A stretch of DNA of 44,814 nucleotides from the NCBI GenBank assembly GCA_036160735.1, contig JAYYDR010000038.1:1-44814 (forward strand), given 5' to 3'. Position numbers and translations under genes: made by a program. Below the pieces are notes generated by a model. The model had not been told where the DNA came from, made no database searches, and worked only from the letters and a program-made list of their open reading frames with translations. The DNA comes from Thermoplasmatota archaeon (GTDB taxonomy: Archaea > Thermoplasmatota > Poseidoniia > Poseidoniales > Poseidoniaceae). Of this stretch, positions 18,080 through 27,305 are shown one piece after another. Every line of letters begins with the position of its first letter. Position 1 is the first letter of the stretch.

Positions 18080-19105
18080 TTAGTTTGAGGCTAGGAATTC
18101 GCTAGTTGCTTGAGCGAATTCCTCTCTACTTTGCTTTCCGTGCATAATGTTACGAATTTTCTTTGCACTTGGTAGACCCTTAGTGAATGAAACAGCATGT
18201 CCCCTCATGGACTTCAAATTCAAACCAGTCGTTTCTCGAGCCAATTCGATGTACCTATTCCAACACCAACGTCGGGTTGCAAATTGCTGAGCAACATAGC
18301 CCAAATCATCCCAGTTTCCATCATGGGCTGCAATCCAAGGTAACTCTTCACGCTCCATCCAGCCCAGTCCGACCTTGATTTCCCCAAATACAGCAGGACG
18401 ACCTATTGCTCCACGTCCAACCATCAATCCAGCTGCGTGGGTTTGTGAAAGGCATGCTTTCGCAGTCTTCGCATCTACAACATCACCGTTAGCAATCACA
18501 GGGGTTTCAACTGCATCTACGACCTCAGTAATGTAATCCCAGTCAGCGACTCCTGAATATCTCTGTCTGAGAGTTCTACCGTGTACACACAGGCGCTGAA
18601 TACCAACATTCTCCAATTCTTGACAGATTTCTTTCGCATTGAAATTACCTTGACCTGTACCGAGTCGCATCTTCGCAGTGACTGGGATGTTCACTCTATC
18701 AACCACTGCTTCACACATTGAGACCAAGTTTTCTGGCTCGCCCATCAAGGCTGCTCCAGCACAGATTTTTGTTACCTTAGGAGCAGGGCAACCGAAGTTT
18801 AGGTCAATCAGATCTGCAGTATCTTCCAATAACTCAGCAGCCAATGCCATGTCTTCGATTACTCCACCAAAGATTTGAGGAATGAATGGATTCTCATCAT
18901 CACATGTTTCCATTTTTCTCCACGACATTGCTGCGTCGCGAGTGAGGGCTGTCGAGTTTGTAAACTCTGTAATCGTAAAATCAGCACCACATTCCTTGGC
19001 AAGAAGGCGGTAAGGCAGGTCGGTTACACCAGACATTGGTGCAAGAAATAGCGGACGGACTTCACCGTCCCATTCACCTGGTTTTGGTAAGATGAAATCA
19101 CTCAT
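18080..19105 (-). CDS. dus: tRNA-dihydrouridine synthase (Dus family)
   Basis: LAPMSGVTDLPYR, QIFGG, DLNFGCP, GAALM, TAKMRLG, VHGRT, ANGDV and MVGRGAIG. GGTGA RBS. Confidence 0.93.
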   Translation of the reverse strand: MSDFILPKPGEWDGEVRPLFLAPMSGVTDLPYRLLAKECGADFTITEFTNSTALTRDAAMSWRKMETCDDENPFIPQIFGGVIEDMALAAELLEDTADLIDLNFGCPAPKVTKICAGAALMGEPENLVSMCEAVVDRVNIPVTAKMRLGTGQGNFNAKEICQELENVGIQRLCVHGRTLRQRYSGVADWDYITEVVDAVETPVIANGDVVDAKTAKACLSQTHAAGLMVGRGAIGRPAVFGEIKVGLGWMEREELPWIAAHDGNWDDLGYVAQQFATRRWCWNRYIELARETTGLNLKSMRGHAVSFTKGLPSAKKIRNIMHGKQSREEFAQATSEFLASN

Positions 19106-19136
19106 CTTTCATCACCCGTTTGGGGTGAGTCTCTGC

Positions 19137-19736
19137 TCAGAAAGTAGATTCCCACTCTTCAAGGTCTTGAGCCTCGGCCCATGCCTCATCGGTTGTCTCG
19201 CCGCGTGCCTTTAGGACTTCACGGGCAAGAATCCAGTATAGAAGAGCAAGTGATTTGCGACCCTTGTTATTTGCTGGAAGAGCAAGGTCAACATTGCGCA
19301 GGTTATTGTTAGCATCACAGATTCCGACGATTGGTAGTCCGGAGTTTACAGCCTCACGTAGAGCTTGCTGGTCTGCAGCTGGGTCGGTAACGAATAGCAT
19401 GTCTGGCTCGACGTAAGAGCGCAGAGCAGGATTGGTCAGGCTACCTGGAATGAATCTTCCAACAGCAGCATTAGCGCCGATTGCTTCAGCGAACAGTCTT
19501 GCTGGGCGCTGTCCGTATTGTCTTGCGCTAACAACCATAACATTTGCAGGATTGTAACGGTTTAGGAATTGAGAAATTGCACGGATTCTGTTGTCTGTAA
19601 TTTCTACGTCGATTAGGTATAGTCCGTCTGAACGAACTTCTTGAATGAATTGTGCCATATCTGCACTCTTTTGTTGAGTACCGATGTGTACGGCGTTTGT
19701 CTCGTATGTCTCACGGTCGACTAACAGTTCTGTCAT
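19137..19736 (-). CDS. rps2: 30S ribosomal protein S2 (uS2), archaeal type
   Basis: VHIGTQQKSADM, RSDGLYLID, GRFIPGSLTNP and PANNKGRKSLALLYWILAREVL. Confidence 0.97.
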   Translation of the reverse strand: MTELLVDRETYETNAVHIGTQQKSADMAQFIQEVRSDGLYLIDVEITDNRIRAISQFLNRYNPANVMVVSARQYGQRPARLFAEAIGANAAVGRFIPGSLTNPALRSYVEPDMLFVTDPAADQQALREAVNSGLPIVGICDANNNLRNVDLALPANNKGRKSLALLYWILAREVLKARGETTDEAWAEAQDLEEWESTF

Positions 19737-19880
19737 GGTAATGACTCCAGCATTCGGCCCACTAACCCCCCCTAAATAACCGCTTCGTAAGAGAATGAGC
19801 CCTCATAATGGCCCAGTATCACGGTTCTAGGTATCACACTCGCAGGGGTAAGGTTGATTGCGACGCCACATACTCGCGAA

Positions 19881-21077
19881 ATGTCGGAGGTGGTTTTTTT
19901 GTCAGATGTACAATCCAGTAACCTTGTTGTCGCAGAGGAAAGCGACGACGGTTTTTGGAGGGACGATTCTGGTAAAGCACTCCATGTATCAGCAAGTGAT
20001 TTGGAACGGCATGCCTATTGTCCACTATCATGGTCTCTGGCTAGAGAAGGAAAAGGTGGTAGGGGCAAGGCTATCGATGCAGGTAGACAAAAGCACGCTG
20101 AAATCCACAAAAGGGTGGAAAACTTCAAGCAAAAGCAGACGGAACTTCGTAAAGCATTGATTATTTGGTCATGGTGGTTTACAATCGTTGTAATCTTCAT
20201 ATCCGATGCTATCATTTTCACTACGATTACTGATGATAGAGCCCCAATTGACATTGCTAGATATCTTTCCATTCTTTCAGTGGTTTGGCTCATTGCAGGT
20301 CTATTAGCAATCTACCTTCCATGGAGGAGGTGGATAGACCTCCCTATAGAGAAATCAGAAGAATTAGACGAACTGAAAAATCTCGACGAGTCTGCAATAC
20401 CTCGAACATTCCAACCCCATGGCTTCATTGGAGGATGGCGCCAAGGTGGTAGGGTAGAAGCTGGACTTTTGATGGGAGCTACTATTTTTGGATTACACGC
20501 GATTGGCCTATATGGTGCAGAAGACAAGGAACAAGCAGGCTTCATCTTGGTTACAGTCGCAATGATTTGGACACTGCTAGCATCTTGGCAACTCCAGAGA
20601 GCGTTACTTGCCGACAACGCACTAGAGGTAGCCAGAATCAATGCAGGAATAGAAGAAAATACTGACGTTGCATATTCCGATGATGAAGCAACTGCTGGAC
20701 TATTATCCGACGAAAAAACCGGTTTAAGAGGAAGACCTGACCAAATTGTCATCGTCGATGGAGAATTCATTCCTGTTGAACAAAAAACTGGTAAAATACC
20801 TGAAAAACCACACAAGTCACACAAGATACAGTTACTAGCATATTTACACCTAGTGGAATCTACTACTGGGAGAAATCCCCCTTATGGCGTCATAAAATAC
20901 GGCAATGAAAACCTACACCAAATCGATTGGGATGACCACAACAAGCACCTGCTGTTTTCTGCAGCTAAAGAAGTCCAGCGATTGATGGTACAAGGTGGTG
21001 CAGAAAGAAATCACAATCGGAAAGGCAAGTGTGAAAGTTGCTCAAGACGCTATGCGTGCGACTCTAGTTTAGTCTAG
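19881..21077 (+). CDS. Solo Cas4-like (RecB-type PD-(D/E)xK, Fe-S) nuclease with an internal four-TM insertion
   Basis: SASDLERHAYCP, G...H, LRGRPD, PVEQKTG, QLLAY and KCESCSRRYAC. Four hydrophobic segments lie at about 20154-20595. No cas1/cas2 or array in the window. Confidence 0.82.
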   Translation: MSEVVFLSDVQSSNLVVAEESDDGFWRDDSGKALHVSASDLERHAYCPLSWSLAREGKGGRGKAIDAGRQKHAEIHKRVENFKQKQTELRKALIIWSWWFTIVVIFISDAIIFTTITDDRAPIDIARYLSILSVVWLIAGLLAIYLPWRRWIDLPIEKSEELDELKNLDESAIPRTFQPHGFIGGWRQGGRVEAGLLMGATIFGLHAIGLYGAEDKEQAGFILVTVAMIWTLLASWQLQRALLADNALEVARINAGIEENTDVAYSDDEATAGLLSDEKTGLRGRPDQIVIVDGEFIPVEQKTGKIPEKPHKSHKIQLLAYLHLVESTTGRNPPYGVIKYGNENLHQIDWDDHNKHLLFSAAKEVQRLMVQGGAERNHNRKGKCESCSRRYACDSSLV

Positions 21078-21637
21078 TCGTAAGCACATCCAACTTCGTT
21101 TGGATACTCCCAACACTTTCTCTCGATCTTTATCAGAACTTGAAATGAATCCTTGTAGAGGTTTGCAAATTCCTCTCCATATCCTCTAGCATCTACACTA
21201 AGGGTCCAAGACCCTTCTGCAAGTGGCTGAGAGAAAGTTGCTACCATCTTTCTCTCGGTTTCTGTTACTTCTTCAAACCAAACTTGATTACCCTCTGAAT
21301 CGGTTAGAGATGCTCTAACGTACCTTACATCGGTTGGTGTGCTAGGTAAAATCAACTCAAGTGGCATTGCCGCAGAAATATATGCACTGATTTCGACTAC
21401 ATCGGAGTCTACCTCGAACTTTTGCACACTCGAGTATGAAGTGCTTCCTGCAACATCAGCTACATCTGTGGTAAAAACATGGGAGGCATTGATTTTCTGA
21501 ACTACCTCAATCATCTCTGGCGCTGGGCGTAAATCTTCCATGAATTCACGTGCAGGAACAAGTCCAATGCAACCCATTGTTGAGGTCATCAATATGGCCA
21601 ACATCACAAATGCAGACATTGCATGCTTTGGCCTCAT
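21074..21637 (-). CDS. Hypothetical secreted lipoprotein
   Basis: Signal with lipobox-like Cys (MRPKHAMSAFVMLAILMTSTMGC) and a beta-rich body. Start at ATG 21637. Its stop overlaps the convergent Cas4-like stop. Confidence 0.68.
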   Translation of the reverse strand: MRPKHAMSAFVMLAILMTSTMGCIGLVPAREFMEDLRPAPEMIEVVQKINASHVFTTDVADVAGSTSYSSVQKFEVDSDVVEISAYISAAMPLELILPSTPTDVRYVRASLTDSEGNQVWFEEVTETERKMVATFSQPLAEGSWTLSVDARGYGEEFANLYKDSFQVLIKIERKCWEYPNEVGCAYD

Positions 21638-21714
21638 CAACAAACCCGAGACGCTACCAATGTATGAATGGAACCCCTCGATGGGTTGAAACCAAATCAT
21701 AGACTCGGATACAT

Positions 21715-21782
21715 TGCCTGAATGAAGTCAAGAGGGTCAGCCGAGCAATAGCGATGACGAACCCTATGAGTACTGACAGGCA
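21715..21782 (+). ncRNA. Box C/D guide sRNA; D guide predicted to direct Cm34 on an intron-containing CAU-anticodon (elongator Met) pre-tRNA
   Basis: Terminal stem TGCCTG (21715-20) / CAGGCA (21777-82). Box C-like AATGAAG (21721-27), D' CCGA (21741-44), GC-AATA-GC hairpin, C' ATGACGA (21754-60) and D CTGA (21773-76). The D guide ACCCTATGAGTA is complementary to UACUCAUAGGGU. Confidence 0.8.
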
Positions 21783-21818
21783 TCAAATCCTATTCGATGG
21801 CTTTCCAGAGTTAATCTC

Positions 21819-24581
21819 TCACTCGAATTTAGCTCCACAAACAGAACACTCGCTTGCATCTACCGGGATATCCGCACCGCATGAACCGCACTCGGCTGTT
21901 TCTGACTTCTTTTGCCGCCTTCTAACTCCGCGTCTACGCTTGGCCTCAGCAGCGGCAGCTTTCACTGGATCTAGTTCATCAGCCTCATCATCAAACGAGA
22001 AATCCATCGCATCATCAGGCAGTACATTGCCTGCAAGCGAACGGTCTTGTATTCCCATACCAACCAGAACTTCATCTCCAGGCATAACGCCTTCTTCACC
22101 TGTAATTTCATACAACTTACCACGAATATCTGCATCACTGGCTGATAACTCTCCGCCATCGTCTACGTGAGCCTTTATGTCCTTATTTTCTAGAATGGCA
22201 TCGATATCATGACCTTCGAAGGTTTCCTCAATCGACTTCAATGTTGTTGTAACAGTTGATAGCGCTTCTTCTTCATCCATCTCAACCTCTTCTTCAGCCA
22301 TCCTTCTGTCGTAAGCTGCTTCAACTTCAGCCTCTGCCTTGGCAATGTTTTCATCCCAATGCTCCTCTAAATCATCGGAATCATATCCAAATTCTTTGAC
22401 TGCTTCGTCAAATCCTTCGTAACCTGCAGCGTGGATTGTTTCAGGATCAATCTCTTCTTCTTCTTGAAGTGGCACTTCCTCTTTCTCGATGACTCTTCTC
22501 TGTCTTTGCTCGAAATATTTGGAAACGTCTTGGTCGGCACCACAATATGGACAGTTAGCAAGTAAGTCTGGTATTGATTCACCACAACTCTCGCAATCGT
22601 GGAATTGTTTTCTAGCCTTCTTGAGATTGAAAGTACACCAAGGACACCTATCTTCTCCACCCGTCAATTCTCCATCACAGGCCGGACAGTAATCGAAAAT
22701 ATCCCTTTCAACTTCTTCTTCTACTTCACGGGTTAGGATAACTGCTGCAATCAAAACTGCGATTAGGATCAAACAGATTACTGCAATCATTCCTGCGGTT
22801 TGGAATGTCATATTTCCTGCCTCATCAGCGACATTGCTGCTCGATTCTTTGGAATCCCAATTCCAAGTTTGAGTTGAACTAACCGCAGTCTCATTCGGAA
22901 CTAGGTTGATGTTGGTATATGGTGCAGATGCTGTGAATGTACATTCAACAGTAACGATTTGGCCGCCGGTTGAAACAGTGACATCGATTTCTTCGAAAAC
23001 TTCACCTAACTCATTTTCGCAAGAATATGTAACAGCACCTGTTTCCTGGGATGCGAGTTTGATTGAAACTGTATATTCATCGCCAGACATCAATGGGAAT
23101 GTCGCTGGTTCCTGATTGGAATCGACCAGCTCCATTGAAGTTCGAGACCATGTAAGGCGAAGTTGAGCATTCACCTCAACACTGCCGTTTGCATATGAGT
23201 TGAGCGGATTCAAATCATAGGAACTCGAAAGAGGCACCCACTGTGCCTCGAAAAAAGCAGTGTGTGAACCGCTTTCTGTAGCTAAGGTGTTCTGCCAAAG
23301 GTAAGAGTCCCCTGCTTGAATTGTGATAATTGGCTGAGATGATTCTGCCACCGTTTGACCTTCCCATGTGTAAATCAATTTGCCCCTGACCTCAACATCA
23401 CCGGTGTTAGTAATCGATACACTCCAGTCAACATTGTTGCCGCTGTTGACGGTGTTTTTTGATGGTACAGCATATGGGTCAACCGCAACATCAGGAACGT
23501 CATACTTGTCGAAATAGGCGCTTATTCGGTCGTTTGAGGTACTCTCCTGAATGAAATTGCCTGTACCGTAAGGATCGATTGCCGCAGTTACCTGATGGTT
23601 ACCGGCTGACAGAGTTGAGATCTGATTGTATAGCAGTTCATACGTCCAAGCTTGCTGAGTGCTTTCTCCACCTGTGATATTGACATAGAATGTGGGTAAA
23701 GGAATGTCAACTGCATTATCATCTTTGATTTCGATGCGCATAGGTACCTCTGTAGTGCCACTGCCGTCAGTTCTAACAATCGTCCCAGAAATTGTCCAAG
23801 GACCTTGCAAGTCACCGTCCCCAACTGTAATGGATAGGTCGCCGAAGTGAGTGATGTCCATTCTCGTATCAACTGTAACAGAAGAAAAGAATGTATTGTC
23901 TTCATCGGCTTCCACAACCGCATCATCTAAATCGAGAGTTACAGCGATGTCGTGGGTTCCAGAGGAAGGTGCAATCATTGAGTGATTAACCCATTCTGAT
24001 TCACCTGCTGGGATTGCTGGAACGTTGACAATTTCACTTTGGGTGTCTAGATCAATCTGCATTCTGCTAGCATCTGCATCTTCAGAACCTGTGTTTTCTA
24101 CAAGAGTTGAAACTAACAAAGCATCTCCGGATTTAACGATTGATGGACTGGTTGTGATTGTTGATGTTTCTAAATCAGGCAAACCCGCTACTACAATCTC
24201 AGAATAGAAAAATTCCATTCCACCATTATTGTATTCAAATTCAATCCAAACTTTGTGTTCTCCCACGGTTAGTCCAGACTTTACAACCTCAACATCTACT
24301 GTTCCCTCGGCAGGGATGTCTACCGTATTGGCGGAGATTAGATTACTTGGATAATCTTTCCAATAAAATCCGTAGAATACGTCTTCGGCTACGAAGTTGT
24401 TTGAATTGTACAAAGTGAGTCTGATGGTTACTGAACCACCCTCAACAGGATTTGAAGGAGAAATTGCGACGGTCGATGTGGAGGCTTGAACGCCACCACT
24501 ATCTTCTGCATTTACCGATAGTGGCATTGTTGATACAAGCATCATCGCGAGGACGACTGCGGAAACAAAGCCCCTTGCCAT
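21819..24581 (-). CDS. Large single-pass membrane protein: signal peptide, CARDB/Ig-like repeats, TM, cytoplasmic zinc ribbons and acidic region
   Basis: N-terminal signal, then CARDB-like PDLET..VENTGSEDA and DLDDAVVEADEDN. TM GMIAVICLILIAVLIAAVIL. Zinc-ribbon motifs CPAC/CPWC/CESC/CPYC and a terminal CGSC/CSVC. Confidence 0.8.
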   Translation of the reverse strand: MARGFVSAVVLAMMLVSTMPLSVNAEDSGGVQASTSTVAISPSNPVEGGSVTIRLTLYNSNNFVAEDVFYGFYWKDYPSNLISANTVDIPAEGTVDVEVVKSGLTVGEHKVWIEFEYNNGGMEFFYSEIVVAGLPDLETSTITTSPSIVKSGDALLVSTLVENTGSEDADASRMQIDLDTQSEIVNVPAIPAGESEWVNHSMIAPSSGTHDIAVTLDLDDAVVEADEDNTFFSSVTVDTRMDITHFGDLSITVGDGDLQGPWTISGTIVRTDGSGTTEVPMRIEIKDDNAVDIPLPTFYVNITGGESTQQAWTYELLYNQISTLSAGNHQVTAAIDPYGTGNFIQESTSNDRISAYFDKYDVPDVAVDPYAVPSKNTVNSGNNVDWSVSITNTGDVEVRGKLIYTWEGQTVAESSQPIITIQAGDSYLWQNTLATESGSHTAFFEAQWVPLSSSYDLNPLNSYANGSVEVNAQLRLTWSRTSMELVDSNQEPATFPLMSGDEYTVSIKLASQETGAVTYSCENELGEVFEEIDVTVSTGGQIVTVECTFTASAPYTNINLVPNETAVSSTQTWNWDSKESSSNVADEAGNMTFQTAGMIAVICLILIAVLIAAVILTREVEEEVERDIFDYCPACDGELTGGEDRCPWCTFNLKKARKQFHDCESCGESIPDLLANCPYCGADQDVSKYFEQRQRRVIEKEEVPLQEEEEIDPETIHAAGYEGFDEAVKEFGYDSDDLEEHWDENIAKAEAEVEAAYDRRMAEEEVEMDEEEALSTVTTTLKSIEETFEGHDIDAILENKDIKAHVDDGGELSASDADIRGKLYEITGEEGVMPGDEVLVGMGIQDRSLAGNVLPDDAMDFSFDDEADELDPVKAAAAEAKRRRGVRRRQKKSETAECGSCGADIPVDASECSVCGAKFE

Positions 24582-24722
24582 GTAACCTAGAGGAAAGGCG
24601 TAGCACTTGAAACAACCGACTGTAAGCCCGCATCGGAGAACTAGTTTTCAGGTAACAACACACCCCGAAGGGGGGTGTTGCAATGCGAGCATTGAAGGAA
24701 GGAAGGCACTGTCAGGTGAATA

Positions 24723-26537
24723 ATGAGACGCATCGTCTTGGCACTCTTGGTCACAGTCATCATGACTGTGGGGCAAAGTAGTGAGGTTTTTTTGGACGAT
24801 GAAAGAGTGATTAAATCCTCAGAGAGTCAGTTATCTATACAATTCTCTAGCGGACCTAATGCTGATCAAGATGTCAAAGGCTTATTCACCCTAACTTTCA
24901 CTTCAACGGGAATTGGAAATATATCTAGCATCGAAATTGAAATTTCTAACGACGGGAATATCTGGTCACCTGTTGCCAACCTCACCTCAACACCATGGTT
25001 GAAGCACGTTGATACCACGGTTTACGATAATGATTCTTGGACATTTAGAGCGAGAGCATATGATTCTGATGTAAACAACTTCACAGAATGGTTCAACAGT
25101 GGAGAATTCAATATCGTCAATCAAGTTCCGGTAATCACATCCTTCGCATTATCTAACACAGGTGTAGGAAGTGGTACAACCGCTCTCGACAGAGCGTGGT
25201 ATTCCGTTGCTGCAGATGGAACACTATTCTTCACATGGGATGCTTCTGATGATGACTTAACACATGCAAGTCTTGCGAATGTACCAGGGCCAGGCACTCC
25301 TACAGACGATGGTCCGGGAGCACTAGCAAATGGCTGGGATTGGAGTACTGGAGCGATTGCCGAGGGCACTTACAACCCTAGGCTGACTGTTTGGGACGGC
25401 TCAGGTCTGTCTGCTAGTAAAACGATGTTCATCGGAATCGACAGAACAGCTCCAACAATGATTACACCAACTGTTGGAAATGGAAATGAATGGATTGATA
25501 GCACCTCGGTTACAATCTCAGGGTTTGATTCTGCGACTGACGATGGTAGTGGCTCTGGTCTAGATTACGTGCAAATTCAACAGGATTCTGTTTGGAGTGA
25601 TGTCACATCATCCAGCACGACCCTAACTTTCTCCGAAGGTGAACACCAAATTTCTATGAGAGCTGTTGATAGGGTTGGAAATATTGGTTCACCTATCAAC
25701 GTAGACGTAAAGGTCGATATCACTGAACCTGAAGGCATCTCATGGAGTGTTGATGAACTCAGCACCAGCCACGTTGGCCCCGTCAACATTTCATTCTCAG
25801 CACAAGACTTGGGCTCAGGAATAGATTTAGACAACTCAAAAATTCAGTATGGCTTTGATTTGAATGGGGTTGGAGCAACACCTGACCAATCAGGGAGATG
25901 GATTGATCTTGGAGTATCAGGACTTGAAGGCACAATGGGTCTTGCATCCTGGGCAACCAAATCAAGACAATACCTGATGGTGAGAGCGATTGTTACAGAT
26001 AATGCTGGAAATGAGTTGGTCACAATCCCAAACTCGTTCCAAATTCTACCCGGTCTTGATTTATCCTGGAACGCTACTGAAACCGGTGTTGACAGGTTAG
26101 TGGCAAGACCCGGTGACACAAATGGGAAAATCGAGGTCACTAGTTTGTTAGAAGCAAATCAAGCCTATGGAGGCGCTGTTACAGTTCATCTACAAGCGGC
26201 TCCAGCTGATAGAGATTCGACGATTGATTGGACAACAATGCAAACAGTTGTGATAGAGGGAGGAAACCTCTCTGATGAATGTCGATGTGAGTACGTAATT
26301 TGGGATTACGTCGTTCCTAACACCGGACAATGGGACCTGCGACTAGTGATCGACCCTTCAAATGCCATAGACGAAAGAGATGAGTCAAACAATTACCACT
26401 ACAGCATGGTAACAGGCGCTTCAGTTTCCGGAGTCGGGGTTGTACCTTCCTTCGCTCCGGGAATCATTGCATTGATTCTAACAGGATTTGCAGTCGCTTG
26501 GTATCAAAAGAAGAGAATCACTCCTCCTCCCAACTGA
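24723..26537 (+). CDS. Secreted Ig-like/CARDB surface protein with a C-terminal P-x-F/TM/basic sorting-type tail
   Basis: Signal peptide; Ig-like IDRTAP, RAVDRVGN and VTDNAGN; CARDB-like IDPSNAIDERDESNN. Tail VVPSFAPGIIALILTGFAVAWYQKKR. AGGTGA RBS. Confidence 0.78.
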   Translation: MRRIVLALLVTVIMTVGQSSEVFLDDERVIKSSESQLSIQFSSGPNADQDVKGLFTLTFTSTGIGNISSIEIEISNDGNIWSPVANLTSTPWLKHVDTTVYDNDSWTFRARAYDSDVNNFTEWFNSGEFNIVNQVPVITSFALSNTGVGSGTTALDRAWYSVAADGTLFFTWDASDDDLTHASLANVPGPGTPTDDGPGALANGWDWSTGAIAEGTYNPRLTVWDGSGLSASKTMFIGIDRTAPTMITPTVGNGNEWIDSTSVTISGFDSATDDGSGSGLDYVQIQQDSVWSDVTSSSTTLTFSEGEHQISMRAVDRVGNIGSPINVDVKVDITEPEGISWSVDELSTSHVGPVNISFSAQDLGSGIDLDNSKIQYGFDLNGVGATPDQSGRWIDLGVSGLEGTMGLASWATKSRQYLMVRAIVTDNAGNELVTIPNSFQILPGLDLSWNATETGVDRLVARPGDTNGKIEVTSLLEANQAYGGAVTVHLQAAPADRDSTIDWTTMQTVVIEGGNLSDECRCEYVIWDYVVPNTGQWDLRLVIDPSNAIDERDESNNYHYSMVTGASVSGVGVVPSFAPGIIALILTGFAVAWYQKKRITPPPN

Positions 26538-27261
26538 CCTCTTCGTCTTCTGCCAAGTCCATCATTTCAGCAACTTCTTCTTCATTTTCAGGATCTACCT
26601 GTGTTGCTTTGAGTCTACGATTTCTCCTAGTAGCAACGTCTGCTAGACCAGGCACTAAACCAGAGAAATCGCTTGTTTCAGTAGAGGTTGGCTTTTCTTC
26701 GATGTAATCGATTGCTCTCGCTTCGAGGCGCATTTTCTTTCTTTCACGCTCTAAAAATTTCAAAACAGTCCCATGCTCGCTACCACCTGCTAGCATTTCG
26801 ATTGCTTGCCTTGCACTTGCAAGACCATATCCTTCACCAACAAGTACAACCGTCGATTTGTAAATCGAAATTTCAGCACCTGTGTGATGTTCAATCATCT
26901 TCCTGATTTTACCCTCAGAGCCGATAATTCTGGCACGGATTCTCCTCTGTTGCTTTGAGCGCTTGCCAACGTGATCTCTTAGTTCAACCATTTCAAAGAA
27001 CCAATCATCTCTTAGCAATTGAATGGCTCTGCCGGGGGCCATTCCTCTTCCAACCGCCTTGATGACATCAGGAAGTTTCAGTGCTTTCACAGGGTCATAC
27101 CCACCTGCTTCAGGCCACGTAACCTCTATCTCACCGGTATTGGAATCGATTTGCAGACTCTTACATCCTGCTGCTTCCTCCAACTCTCTTCTAGTTGCAC
27201 CCTTAGCACCGATAAGTACCGCAATACGGTCCTTGGGAACTCTCGGAAGAGATTGACGCAT
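26518..27261 (-). CDS. KH-domain pre-rRNA-processing protein (Dim2/Pno1-like)
   Basis: RVPKDRIAVLIGAKG, VIKAVGRG, RARIIGSEGK and AIEMLAGGSEHGTV. It lies downstream of rio1 in the conserved archaeal arrangement. Confidence 0.9.
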   Translation of the reverse strand: MRQSLPRVPKDRIAVLIGAKGATRRELEEAAGCKSLQIDSNTGEIEVTWPEAGGYDPVKALKLPDVIKAVGRGMAPGRAIQLLRDDWFFEMVELRDHVGKRSKQQRRIRARIIGSEGKIRKMIEHHTGAEISIYKSTVVLVGEGYGLASARQAIEMLAGGSEHGTVLKFLERERKKMRLEARAIDYIEEKPTSTETSDFSGLVPGLADVATRRNRRLKATQVDPENEEEVAEMMDLAEDEEVSWEEE

Positions 27262-27305
27262 GGGGTTTGCGTGAAGCCTACCCTTCTTCAATCCATGTGT
27301 GGGTC

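Noticed and set aside
19881-21820. CRISPR-Cas locus implied by the Cas4-like gene
   Set aside because: No repeat-spacer array and no other cas gene is visible in the window.
21754-22170. 138-aa plus-strand ORF
   Set aside because: Mostly antisense to the 920-aa gene, and its ATG is the C' box of the predicted sRNA.
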